64,000 nt of DNA, from assembly GCA_038202885.1 (NCBI GenBank), contig JBBREP010000005.1:15144-79143 (forward strand), read 5' to 3'. Below the pieces are notes generated by a model, which worked only from the letters and a program-made list of their open reading frames with translations, did not search any database and had not been told where the DNA came from. The position numbers and the translations under genes are program-made. Every line of letters starts with the position of its first letter. The first letter of the stretch is position 1. Below, one piece after another: positions 19,359 to 28,424 of this stretch. Origin of the DNA: Acidimicrobiia bacterium (lineage in GTDB: Bacteria > Actinomycetota > Acidimicrobiia > IMCC26256 > PALSA-610).

Positions 19359-20108
19359 TCAGCGAGCGACCGCGTAGCCGCCGTCGGCAACGAGCATCGA
19401 GCCGGTGACGAAGCTGGCCGCGTCCGAACACAGAAACAGCGCCGGTCCGACCATCTCGTCGGGGTCGGCGGCACGCTTCATGAAGCTGATCTCGGCCATG
19501 CGCTGCACCGCTTCGGGACCGTTGTTCCGGACCATGTCGGTATTGACTGTCCCCGGCGCCAGAGCATTGACGCGAATCCCGTCGCCGGCCCACTCGGCCG
19601 CGAGGTTGCGAGTCCACGCGAGCAGCGCGGCCTTACCACCCGCGTACAGGCCCATACCGGGCGAGTGCGTCAGCGCACCGACCGACAGCACGTTGAGTAC
19701 CGCGGCATGGTCGCTCGTCACGAGATACGGGTGGGCGGCCTTGGCGAGAAACACCGGACCGCGCAGATTGACCGCGTGCGATTTGTCCCAACCTTCTGCG
19801 GTGAGTGCTGTGGTCGCTTGCGAAAGCGCGTTCGCAGCGTTGTTCACCACGATGTCGATCGCGCCGAACCGCGCGACCGTCGCGGCCACGAGCGCTTCGA
19901 TGGCATCGGTGTCGCCGAGGTGGGTCGCCACGCCGATCGCCTCGCCGCCCATCGCGACGAGCGCGCCTTCGGTCTGCGCGCAGGCATCGGCCTTGCGGCT
20001 GGCCACCACGACCTTGGCGCCCGCACAGACGAACCCTTCGGCGATCGCCCGCCCGATGGCGACACGCCCCGACAGGTCGAACAGGTGCCCGAGCTTCTCT
20101 GCGTCCAT
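19359..20108 (-). CDS. Short-chain dehydrogenase/reductase lacking the TGxxxGxG motif (possible pseudo-enzyme)
   Basis: NNA, YxxxK (YAGGK) and IRVNALAPG are present, but the N-terminus reads GRVAIGRAIA with no glycine-rich loop. Confidence 0.8.
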   Translation of the reverse strand: MDAEKLGHLFDLSGRVAIGRAIAEGFVCAGAKVVVASRKADACAQTEGALVAMGGEAIGVATHLGDTDAIEALVAATVARFGAIDIVVNNAANALSQATTALTAEGWDKSHAVNLRGPVFLAKAAHPYLVTSDHAAVLNVLSVGALTHSPGMGLYAGGKAALLAWTRNLAAEWAGDGIRVNALAPGTVNTDMVRNNGPEAVQRMAEISFMKRAADPDEMVGPALFLCSDAASFVTGSMLVADGGYAVAR

Positions 20109-20180
20109 CCGAGGAAACTAGCGATCGCGCTCGGTCGAAATTCGCAGCAAGGCGAACGCGCGGGCTGCCAAGCTGTCGGC

Positions 20181-20729
20181 GTGGAGCACAGGTCGACGGC
20201 CGCACTCGAAGCACAACTCGACGACGTGCGCCGCTCCCCGCTCGACGACGGGACGGTCGAACTCATCGTGCGGCGTCCGGCCGTCGGCGAACGCGACGTG
20301 GTCGAAGTCGGCGAGTTCGACGTGGGTGTGGGCCTCGTGGGCGACACCTGGTGTGAGCGCCCTAGTTCGCGTACGAGCGATCGTTCGCCGCATCCCGATA
20401 TGCAGCTCAACATCATGAACGCGCGCGCCGCCGCCTGCGTCGCGATCGAACCCGACCGTTGGCCCCTCGCGGGCGATCAGCTGTATCTCGACCTCGACGT
20501 GAGTTCGGCGAACCTGCCGGCCGGTACGCGGCTCGCGCTCGGCACCGTCGTGATCGAGGTGACGTCGCAACCCCATCGCGGGTGCGCGAAGTTCTCCGAA
20601 CGCTTCGGCCCCGACGCGGTCCGGTTCGTCAATTCACCAGTGGGACGCGAGCTGAACCTCCGCGGGATCTGTGCCCGGGTCATTGTCGGCGGCACCGTCC
20701 GGCGCGGGGATCGCGTGTCGAAGGTCTGA
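20181..20729 (+). CDS. MOSC-domain protein
   Basis: GLVGD, LAGDQLY, GTRLALG..IEVT..PH.GC.KF and RGICARV...G.VR.GD. Confidence 0.85.
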   Translation: MEHRSTAALEAQLDDVRRSPLDDGTVELIVRRPAVGERDVVEVGEFDVGVGLVGDTWCERPSSRTSDRSPHPDMQLNIMNARAAACVAIEPDRWPLAGDQLYLDLDVSSANLPAGTRLALGTVVIEVTSQPHRGCAKFSERFGPDAVRFVNSPVGRELNLRGICARVIVGGTVRRGDRVSKV

Positions 20730-20796
20730 GCACGCCAGGAGAGGCGTGTCGAAGGTCTGAGCACGCCGGGAGAGGCGTGTCGAAGGTCTGAGCACG
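20713..20796. repeat. 31-bp tandem repeat (2.7 copies) duplicating the MOSC gene 3' end
   Basis: GCGTGTCGAAGGTCTGAGCACGCC(A/G)GGAGAG at 20713 and 20744, partial copy at 20775. Confidence 0.95.
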
Positions 20797-20803
20797 TGCG
20801 TCT

Positions 20804-21760
20804 CTAGATGCCGTCGACGTAGATGCGGGCGACGACCGATTCGATGTCGGGTTCTTCGATCGTCAGATCACGGATCTCGGCGACGGCGGCGACCCGAGCA
20901 ATTGCTTCGGCCGCGGTCGTGGTGTCGCGGCGAAACCGCAACCATTGCCGAGGGCCTTCGACCTTGATCACTTCGGTGCCGAGCACTTCGAGTGGTGGCG
21001 CGGCAGCGACAAGATCGACCACAAGCGTGCGGTGCGGCTCGTATCGATCGCGGAGTGCGTCGAGTCCACCGTCGTAGATCACCCGGCCGTGATCGATGAT
21101 GAGCAGACGCCCGCAGAGTCGTTCGATGTCGTCGAGGTCATGGGTGGTGAGGATGATTGTGGTGCCATATGTCTGGTTGCGCGCGGCGAGGAACTCGCGC
21201 ACACGTGCCTTGCTGACCACGTCGAGCCCGATCGTTGGCTCGTCGAGGAACACCACCTCGGGATCGTGTAGGAGCGCGAACGTCAATTCGGCGCGCATCC
21301 GCTGACCAAGGCTCAGCTGGCGGACTGGCGTGCGCAGGAACGGGCCCATGTCGAGCAACTCGACGAGCTCGCCGAGTCGATGCGCGTGGGCCGTCGCGTC
21401 GACCCTGTACAGGTGGCGGTGTAGGTCGAAGCTGTCGACCAGCGGGAGATCCCACCAAAGTTGGCTGCGTTGTCCAAACACGACGCCAATCCGGCGAGCG
21501 AGTTCCGTGCGCTGGCGTGCAGGCACGAGCCCGTCGACTCGTATGTCGCCGCTCGTTGGTGTCAACACGCCCGTGAGCATCTTGATGGTCGTGCTCTTGC
21601 CGGCGCCGTTCGGACCGACGTAACCGACCATCTCACCCGCTTCGATGCTGAGGTTGACGGCGTCGACCGCGGTGACGATCGTGCGTTCGCGCCGCAGCGC
21701 GCCGCGCTTGCGATACACGGTGAATTGCTTCACGAGATCGACGGCTTCGATCATGCTCAC
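20804..21760 (-). CDS. ABC exporter ATP-binding protein
   Basis: GPNGAGKST, LSLGQ and FLDEPT. Confidence 0.92.
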   Translation of the reverse strand: MSMIEAVDLVKQFTVYRKRGALRRERTIVTAVDAVNLSIEAGEMVGYVGPNGAGKSTTIKMLTGVLTPTSGDIRVDGLVPARQRTELARRIGVVFGQRSQLWWDLPLVDSFDLHRHLYRVDATAHAHRLGELVELLDMGPFLRTPVRQLSLGQRMRAELTFALLHDPEVVFLDEPTIGLDVVSKARVREFLAARNQTYGTTIILTTHDLDDIERLCGRLLIIDHGRVIYDGGLDALRDRYEPHRTLVVDLVAAAPPLEVLGTEVIKVEGPRQWLRFRRDTTTAAEAIARVAAVAEIRDLTIEEPDIESVVARIYVDGI

Positions 21761-22560
21761 GACCCAGTGCTCCGGTAGTGGCGCACCGACACCTGCCAAA
21801 TCGCCATCGCTACTCCCAACGCAGCCCCTGCGACGATCGGACTCGCGTAGCGCAGCCAATGCGGCAGCGCCAACGGATCCGGCCGGTCAAGGATCGCCAA
21901 GGCTGGGAAGTACGCGACGAACGCGATGGGCACCAGGTACGCGACGAACCGCCGTACCCATGGCCCGTAGATCGATACTGGATATTGGCTCGCAAAGTTG
22001 CCGCCGTACGTGAACGCGTTCGCGATCTCGCCCGCGCCGAGCGCGAAGAACTGGATACACGCACCCGCGATCCAGATTGACGCGAAGATCGCTGCCGCGC
22101 ATCCGATCGCGACGAAGCACATCGCTACGCGCGTGAGGCTCCACGCAATATCGAGTTGACTGATCGCCCAACCGAGCACGATCGCGGCCTGGAACATCTT
22201 GCCGAGCCGTCGGATCGCGAGGTCGGACGCCACCACCTGCAGCAGCGTGCCGACCGGGCGCAACAGCAGCACGTCGAAGCGACCGCTGCGGATCAGCTCG
22301 CTGAGGTCTTCGATGTGGCCGATGACGAGATCGGCGAGCGCGAACCCAACGCCTGACAGCCCGTAGAGGAATGCCACCTGCGGCAACGACCAGGTTCCGA
22401 GCGCGTGGATGTGCTGGAACAACACGAGCACTGCGATGAAGTCGAGGAAGGTCACAGCGAAGCCCGTACTCGCCTCGATCATGAGCGACGTGCGGTACTG
22501 CATCTGGGCGCGCACTTGCGCCCCGACCATCAACCGCCAGAGGCGCCACGCGTCGGTCAT
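21757..22560 (-). CDS. ABC-2 type permease (DUF990-like)
   Basis: Multi-TM; G.FD.LLLRP and YP..IY; translationally coupled on both sides. Confidence 0.85.
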   Translation of the reverse strand: MTDAWRLWRLMVGAQVRAQMQYRTSLMIEASTGFAVTFLDFIAVLVLFQHIHALGTWSLPQVAFLYGLSGVGFALADLVIGHIEDLSELIRSGRFDVLLLRPVGTLLQVVASDLAIRRLGKMFQAAIVLGWAISQLDIAWSLTRVAMCFVAIGCAAAIFASIWIAGACIQFFALGAGEIANAFTYGGNFASQYPVSIYGPWVRRFVAYLVPIAFVAYFPALAILDRPDPLALPHWLRYASPIVAGAALGVAMAIWQVSVRHYRSTGS

Positions 22561-23348
22561 CCGCCCTGCACCACCAGGCGTCTCGAGGCGACTCCGAGGA
22601 TCGACCGACCGAGTGCGAGCAGCACAATCGTCCACACCAATTGCAGCGCAAGCGTGCCGCCAGCCCCGCGCAAGCCCAGGTAGACGTCGATCGGCCCTTG
22701 CACCATCGCGTACCACGGCAGCGCGCGCAGCACTGTCGCAAGCCACGGTGGATAGAACCCGATCGGCACGGTCATGCCCGACAAACCGACGATGAGGAAC
22801 GTGTGCAGCGCCAGTGGGCCGCGCCCATCGACGGTGAAGAACACCAAAAGGTTCATGATGAAGCGCATCGAGAAACTCGCCATCACGGCGAGCGCGAGGC
22901 TGGCGAAGAAGGCCGCCCAACGCCATCCCGCGGGCGGGAGATACAACTCGACGATCGCAGCGCCGATCGCGAATTGGAGCACCGAGCGCATGAGAAATTG
23001 TTGCGACGCGCGCCCGATGTCGTCGCAGAACCACCAGGATTGAAAGTCGGCCGGACGCGCCAGATCGGTGGCGAGGTCGCCGGTCATGATCCGTTCGGCG
23101 ATATCAGATTGGCGGAAGATCGCGACTGGTCCGATCATCGCTTGGGCCAGCCAGACATAGGCCAGCACGCGAGGCGCGTCGTACCCGGCGATCGGATGAC
23201 CGGCCGAGCGAATCGCCGCGAGCATGATCGCTCCGATCAGGAGACCGAACACAGTGTTGGCAACCATGGCCGCGAAGTTCGCGGCGCGATAGGTGGCGTG
23301 GCGGCGAAAGCCGCGCCGTACCAACTCGAACGCCAATCGCCCGGTCAT
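22557..23348 (-). CDS. ABC-2 type permease (DUF990-like)
   Basis: YRA, TGDLA.DLARP and SG..VP..FYP.WL; multi-TM. Confidence 0.85.
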   Translation of the reverse strand: MTGRLAFELVRRGFRRHATYRAANFAAMVANTVFGLLIGAIMLAAIRSAGHPIAGYDAPRVLAYVWLAQAMIGPVAIFRQSDIAERIMTGDLATDLARPADFQSWWFCDDIGRASQQFLMRSVLQFAIGAAIVELYLPPAGWRWAAFFASLALAVMASFSMRFIMNLLVFFTVDGRGPLALHTFLIVGLSGMTVPIGFYPPWLATVLRALPWYAMVQGPIDVYLGLRGAGGTLALQLVWTIVLLALGRSILGVASRRLVVQGG

Positions 23349-23396
23349 CGGACCGTGGTCATACCGAGTGCTGCTCGAAGCGGCTCACGCAACACC

Positions 23397-24185
23397 TCAC
23401 GAGTAGCGCGTCACGAGCCCGCGCCGGCGGAATACGCCGAGGAGCCAGGTGGCACATGCGAAGGTGGCTGCGAAGAACACCACGGTGCCGATCAACGACG
23501 CGCCGAGCGTGCCCCACGGCAACGGCTTGCCGGCCAGCACTGTGCGCAATGCTGCAAACGCCTTGGTCGTGGGCAGTACTTGCGCGACCACGTTGAGGCC
23601 TCGGGGCAATGCCGCTGCGGGGAAGAACACACCCGAGAATGCGAGCAGCATGTAGTTGAAGCCGAAGATGAGGATCTCGGCGCTCTGCCCGAACCGCAGT
23701 ACGAGACCCACAGCGAGCATCGCGAGCGCCCAACCGTTCAGCACGAGGAGCGCGCCGATCGGGATCACCGACCATCCCACCGACGACAGGTCGAAGCCGA
23801 AGAAGACGATCGTCGCGACGGTGAGCGTGAGCAGGCACAGTGCGAGTTTGAGGAGGCCGAAGAGTGCGATGCCGACGATGTACTCGATCTCGGTGACGGG
23901 CGTGGTGAGGACGTTGAGAATGTTGCGCGTCCAGGTTTCTTCGTTCACTCCGAGCGCGATCGAGAACTGCGCCTGGGTAAACGTCCAGAAGAGCAGGATC
24001 CCCGCGAGGAGGTACGGCGTCGATGCGCGCGACGACGGCGTCTCGCGCGCCACGAACGCACCCAGCGAACCCCAGAGCAAGACGTCCATGAGGGGCCAGA
24101 ACGAGATCTCGAAGAAGCGATGCGGCGACCGACGCAACACGATCCAATGCCGGCGCATGACCGCACGTATGCGTACGGCGCTCAC
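23397..24185 (-). CDS. ABC-2 type permease
   Basis: Multi-TM; E.WTRNI.N..TTP and SGVFFP...LP. Confidence 0.85.
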   Translation of the reverse strand: MSAVRIRAVMRRHWIVLRRSPHRFFEISFWPLMDVLLWGSLGAFVARETPSSRASTPYLLAGILLFWTFTQAQFSIALGVNEETWTRNILNVLTTPVTEIEYIVGIALFGLLKLALCLLTLTVATIVFFGFDLSSVGWSVIPIGALLVLNGWALAMLAVGLVLRFGQSAEILIFGFNYMLLAFSGVFFPAAALPRGLNVVAQVLPTTKAFAALRTVLAGKPLPWGTLGASLIGTVVFFAATFACATWLLGVFRRRGLVTRYS

Positions 24186-24985
24186 GGCTGTCCACCGCCG
24201 CGCGTGCCGCGGACGCCCTCGACACGCTGGCGGTCATCCGCGCCACCTTCGCGCGCTCGTGCCGCCACTTCGAGGAATGCACCTTCGAGGTCGTCGGTCT
24301 CGAAGTCGATCGCGATCGACGCTGGCGATCCGTCGGCCACGATGCGTCCGTGCGCCAGCATGACCACCCGTTCGCACAGCGTTTCGACCTCGCGCATGTT
24401 GTGGCTCGTGACGAGGAGCGTGGTACCGAGCTCGCGGTGGATCTCCAGCAAGGCAGATCGAACGCGCCCGGCCACATCGGGGTCGAGCGACGCGGTTGGT
24501 TCGTCGAGTACGAGCAGCCGCGGCCGGTGCAGCGTCGACTTGACGATCGACACCAGCGTGCGCTGGCCCGAGGACAGCTCCCGACTCTGCTGATCGGCGA
24601 GATGTCCGATGCCGAAGCGCTCAATCGCCTCGTCGATGACCGGGGCCGGGCGCCGGATGCCGTAGAAGCCGGCGAAGATTGTGAGCGCCTCGCGCACCTT
24701 CAGGTTTTCGGGAAGCGGGAGATAGCCGGCCACGAAACCAACGGCCCCCAGCGCCTTCGATCGGTGCCGGGGGAGTCGAAACCCGGCCAGGTCGATGGTC
24801 CCGCCGTCGGGGGTGACCACACCGAGGATCATCAGCAGGGTCGTCGTCTTCCCTGCGCCGTTCGGACCGAGCAGCCCCACGCGCGCGCACGCCGGCACGA
24901 CGAGATCAATGCCATCGACCGCGGTCTTGTCACGAAACTGCTTCGTCAGCGAGCGCGCGACAACGACGTCTCCAGGAATGGACAC
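24182..24985 (-). CDS. ABC exporter ATP-binding protein
   Basis: [14 protein letters not shown] and LDEPT; TAGATT 6 nt before the GTG. Confidence 0.92.
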   Translation of the reverse strand: MSIPGDVVVARSLTKQFRDKTAVDGIDLVVPACARVGLLGPNGAGKTTTLLMILGVVTPDGGTIDLAGFRLPRHRSKALGAVGFVAGYLPLPENLKVREALTIFAGFYGIRRPAPVIDEAIERFGIGHLADQQSRELSSGQRTLVSIVKSTLHRPRLLVLDEPTASLDPDVAGRVRSALLEIHRELGTTLLVTSHNMREVETLCERVVMLAHGRIVADGSPASIAIDFETDDLEGAFLEVAARAREGGADDRQRVEGVRGTRGGGQP

Positions 24986-25103
24986 CGCGGCAATCTAACG
25001 GCGCGCCACCCGGCGAGCTCCGCTGATTTCCGGTGCCGCGGCGCCGTCTCGGGTCGGGGCTCGGGTTCGCCGAGCCGACTTGCTCGCGGCGACACTGGCC
25101 CAC

Positions 25104-25748
25104 ATGACGGACGCCACCCACTCCCGAGCCACACAACAGACCGTCGTGACGCTCGATCTCGAGGGCGTGCTCGTGCCCGAGATTTGGGTCGCCGTCGCCG
25201 AGCGGACAGGCATCGACGCGTTGCGGCGCACCACACGCGACGAACCCGACTACGACGTGCTCATGAAGGGCAGGCTTGCACTGCTGCAACAGCACGGCCT
25301 ACGGCTGGGCGACATCACCGACGTGATCGCGAGCATCGCTCCCCTGCCCGGCGCGCGCGACTTCCTCGACGATCTCCGCAGTCGCACGCAGGTGCTGATC
25401 CTGTCCGACACCTTCGAACAGTTCGCGCGGCCGCTCATGCTGCAACTCGGATGGCCCACGCTGTTGTGCCACCGCCTCATCGTCGACGCCGACGATCGCA
25501 TCGCCGACTACGAGCTGCGACTCCCCGACCAGAAGCGTTGCGCCGTCGAGGCGTTCCACGGGCTTCGCTATCAAGTGCTGGCGGCGGGCGACTCCTACAA
25601 CGACATCGCGATGCTGCTCGCCGCCGACGTCGGTGTGCTCTTTCGGGCCCCGGACACCGTCAAAGCGCAATATCCTCAACTTCGCGCGGTCGAGACCTAC
25701 GACGATCTCGCGGCTGCACTCGTCACACCCGCGCCGCGCGCGGAGTGA
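25104..25748 (+). CDS. thrH: Phosphoserine phosphatase / homoserine phosphotransferase (HAD family)
   Basis: TLDLEGVLVPEIW, TTRDEPDYDVLM, ILSDTF and AAGDSYND. Confidence 0.9.
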   Translation: MTDATHSRATQQTVVTLDLEGVLVPEIWVAVAERTGIDALRRTTRDEPDYDVLMKGRLALLQQHGLRLGDITDVIASIAPLPGARDFLDDLRSRTQVLILSDTFEQFARPLMLQLGWPTLLCHRLIVDADDRIADYELRLPDQKRCAVEAFHGLRYQVLAAGDSYNDIAMLLAADVGVLFRAPDTVKAQYPQLRAVETYDDLAAALVTPAPRAE

Positions 25749-25751
25749 TTT

Positions 25752-25819
25752 CGTAGCGGAGCCGACGCGAGCGGGAGCGATGTTGTGTCCTCGGCGTCGG
25801 CAAGACGCACCTCGCTACG
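25752..25819. other. Nested inverted-repeat (REP-like) structured element
   Basis: CGTAGCGGAG pairs with CTCGCTACG, and GCCGACGCGAG pairs with CTCGGCGTCGGC, each with a 1-nt bulge. Confidence 0.5.
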
Positions 25820-25842
25820 GAGGTCCTGGCAGGCTGAAACGT

Positions 25843-25892
25843 GACCGTGTGCCGCGATTTCGGGCGATCGCCTGAAATCGCGGCACACGGTC
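25843..25892. terminator. 50-bp near-perfect palindrome between convergent genes
   Basis: GACCGTGTGCCGCGATTTC-G-GGCGA|TCGCC-T-GAAATCGCGGCACACGGTC; 24 of 25 positions are complementary. Confidence 0.75.
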
Positions 25893-25895
25893 GAC

Positions 25896-26117
25896 TCAGG
25901 TTGGGGAGGACCTGAGCGGGTGGATGAGCGCGGCGAGGCTTCGCCGGCGGGCGGGTGTCGCCGTGGCTGCGCGCGCTTCCGCGGTGTCGCACAGCGGTGG
26001 TGGCGTCGCATTGCGTTCGGCGGCTCGGGCGCGCGTGACGAGGCGCCTCGTGGCCGCGGCCCTCTGGTGTTCGTCGATCTTTCCTCGGGCCAATTCGGCC
26101 AACATTTCGGGGTGCAC
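25896..26117 (-). CDS. Small hypothetical protein (73 aa), putative target of the divergent WYL regulator
   Basis: GAGG(AACC) RBS before the GTG. Sequence: MHPEMLAELARGKIDEHQRAAATRRLV... with a helical N-terminus and an Ala/Arg-rich tail. Confidence 0.6.
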   Translation of the reverse strand: MHPEMLAELARGKIDEHQRAAATRRLVTRARAAERNATPPPLCDTAEARAATATPARRRSLAALIHPLRSSPT

Positions 26118-26170
26118 GGTTCCTCGTCTCATATCCCACGTGTGTGCCTACACCGTTATATTTCTCACCG

Positions 26171-26220
26171 ATCGTACGGCGATACCCTGACATCTACTGT
26201 CAGGTATCCGCGAATAGTCT
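26171..26220. promoter_or_regulatory. Palindromic operator CTGACA-N5-TGTCAG with divergent -10 elements
   Basis: CTGACA at 26187-92 and TGTCAG at 26198-203. Minus strand: TGTCAG-N10-TACGAT (26176-71). Plus strand: TAGTCT (26215-20), 6 nt before the WYL GTG. Confidence 0.7.
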
Positions 26221-26226
26221 TGGCCG

Positions 26227-27234
26227 GTGCGCGCGGCCCGTCTCGTCTCGATGCTGCTCCTGTTGCAGCAGCGAGGTCGGCTGACCGCAGAGCAACTCGC
26301 CGCCGAGCTCGAGGTGTCAGTGCGCACGATCTACCGCGACCTCGAAGCGCTGAGCGCGTCGGGGGTTCCCGTCTATTCAGAGCCGGGCCGCAATGGCGGC
26401 AGCCAGCTCGTGCAGGGGTACCGGACCCGGCTCACCGGTCTCACCACCAAGGAGGCCGAGGCGCTGTTCGCATCGGGGATCTCCGGTCCGATCGGTGAGC
26501 TCGGACTCGGCACCGTGCTCGGCGCCGCGCAGCTGAAGCTCCTCGCCGCACTGCCGAAGGAGCTCGCAGAACGCGCGGCACTCGCGCAACAGCGCTTCCA
26601 CTTCGATGCGCCGGGTTGGTTTCGTGGCGAGCGCAATGATCCACATCTCGCTGCACTCTCAAGCGCGGTGTGGGAAGACCGTTGTGTCGCCATCGAATAC
26701 CGCCACCCCGGCTCGAGCAAACCCGCACCGCGCCGCCTGGAACCGCTCGGACTCGTGTGCAAGGGGGGCGTCTGGTATCTCGTCGCGACGCGCGACGGTG
26801 AGATGCGCACCTACCGTGTCTCGCGCATCCAGACACTGACAGTCCTCGATGAACAATTCGACCGCCCGCCCGACTTCGATCTTGAGCGCTACTGGGATGC
26901 AACGGTCGCGACCGTCGAGACGTTGCCGCCCCCCGTCGATGTCGTGGTGCGCGCGTCGTCCGCCGGACTCGATGCGCTGCGCCCGATGACCCACCATTTC
27001 GGCGTCGTACTGGTCGCCCACGAGACTGCCGACGACAGCGGCTGGCACGAATGCCGCCTCGTGTTCGAGAATCTCGACGACGCCTTCATCGATCTCATCC
27101 GGCTGGCCGCCGATGTCGAGGTGCTGACGCCCGCCGCGTTGCGCGCGACCGTGGCCGGCGCGGCCCGAGCAATGACGGCGCTCTATTCGGCGTCGACCAG
27201 GTCGAGCACCTCGTCGAGGCGCCGGGTCAGGTAG
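26227..27234 (+). CDS. YafY-family HTH-WYL transcriptional regulator
   Basis: [14 protein letters not shown]...[26 protein letters not shown] and RTYRVSRI. Confidence 0.92.
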   Translation: MRAARLVSMLLLLQQRGRLTAEQLAAELEVSVRTIYRDLEALSASGVPVYSEPGRNGGSQLVQGYRTRLTGLTTKEAEALFASGISGPIGELGLGTVLGAAQLKLLAALPKELAERAALAQQRFHFDAPGWFRGERNDPHLAALSSAVWEDRCVAIEYRHPGSSKPAPRRLEPLGLVCKGGVWYLVATRDGEMRTYRVSRIQTLTVLDEQFDRPPDFDLERYWDATVATVETLPPPVDVVVRASSAGLDALRPMTHHFGVVLVAHETADDSGWHECRLVFENLDDAFIDLIRLAADVEVLTPAALRATVAGAARAMTALYSASTRSSTSSRRRVR

Positions 27235-28424
27235 CGACGCTCGGCGTCGGTGCCCACGTGTTCGAGCGCGGCGCGGTACTCCCCCGCCGAGTCGGCGTAT
27301 CGGTGGAGTCGGCGCAACAGGTCGGCCCGCGTCGCGGGCAGCAGGTAGTAACCGGCCAGCGCCTGTGACGCTCGGAGTTCGTCGACGAGCACCAGGCCTG
27401 CGCCGGGGCCGTCGGCCATCGCCACCGCGACCGCACGGTTGAGTTCCACCACCGGTGACGGCGCGATCGCGGCGAGCTGCCCGTAGAGCACGGCAATCTC
27501 GGCCCAGTCCGTCGACGTTGCCTGCTCGGCTCGTGCGTGGCACGCCGCGATGGCCGCCTGCACTTGGTAGCGGCCAGGTTGGCGCCGGCGAAGTGCGGCG
27601 TCGAGCAACGCCAGGCCCTCGTCGATCATGTCGCGCCGCCAGCGCGTGCGGTCCTGGGCTTCGAGCGGCACCAGATCGCCGGCTTCGTCGACACGCGCCA
27701 CCCGTCGCGAATCTTGGAGCAACATCAACGCGAGTAGGCCGACGGCTTCGGGCTCGTCGGGCATCAGCACCACCAGGGTGCGCGCAAGCCCGGTGGCATC
27801 GGTGCACAATTGCTCCCGCGTGAGATCGGCGCCCGCGGTCGCGGCGTATCCCTCGTTGAACAACAGGTACACCACCGCGAGCACTGCGCCCGTGCGTTCG
27901 GGCAGCAGATGGTCGGGCGGCACACGATATGGGATGCCGGCGTTGCGGATCTTGTGCTTGGCCCGCACGAGGCGCTGCGCCATCGTCGCCTCCGCCACGA
28001 GGAACGCCCGCGCGATCTCCGGCGTGGTGAGCCCCACCAACGTCCGCAGCGTCAACGCCACCTGCGCGTCGATGGCCAGCGCTGGATGACAGCACGTGAA
28101 GATCAGGCGCAACCGGTCGTCGTCGATACCGCCATCGCCCAGCACATCGGTTGCCTCGGTCATCAGCGCAACCTCTCGCAGCTTGGCGGCACCGTTCGCG
28201 GCGCGCCGCAACGAATCAATCGCGCGGTTGCGAGCCGTCGTGGTGAGCCAAGCACCGGGGCGACGCGGCACGCCCTCGCGCCGCCAATGGTCGATGGCGA
28301 GCGCGAAGGCGTCCTGCGCACATTCTTCGGCGAGGTCCCAGTCGCCGGTGGTGCGGATCACCGCAGCGACGACCCGACCCCATTCCTCACCGAAGGCCGC
28401 CGCAACCGCAGCCTCGGCGCTTAC
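27183..28424 (-). CDS. ECF sigma factor with C-terminal TPR-like extension (ECF42 type); start codon unclear
   Basis: [41 protein letters not shown] and [11 protein letters not shown]. Homology extends upstream of the first GTG (28361) to about 28424. Confidence 0.85.
   Translation of the reverse strand, partial: VSAEAAVAAAFGEEWGRVVAAVIRTTGDWDLAEECAQDAFALAIDHWRREGVPRRPGAWLTTTARNRAIDSLRRAANGAAKLREVALMTEATDVLGDGGIDDDRLRLIFTCCHPALAIDAQVALTLRTLVGLTTPEIARAFLVAEATMAQRLVRAKHKIRNAGIPYRVPPDHLLPERTGAVLAVVYLLFNEGYAATAGADLTREQLCTDATGLARTLVVLMPDEPEAVGLLALMLLQDSRRVARVDEAGDLVPLEAQDRTRWRRDMIDEGLALLDAALRRRQPGRYQVQAAIAACHARAEQATSTDWAEIAVLYGQLAAIAPSPVVELNRAVAVAMADGPGAGLVLVDELRASQALAGYYLLPATRADLLRRLHRYADSAGEYRAALEHVGTDAERRYLTRRLDEVLDLVDAE

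Noticed and set aside
20713-20796. 31-bp repeats (and the 13-bp repeats at 36839) as CRISPR arrays
   Set aside because: The units are contiguous with no unique spacers, and there are no cas genes.
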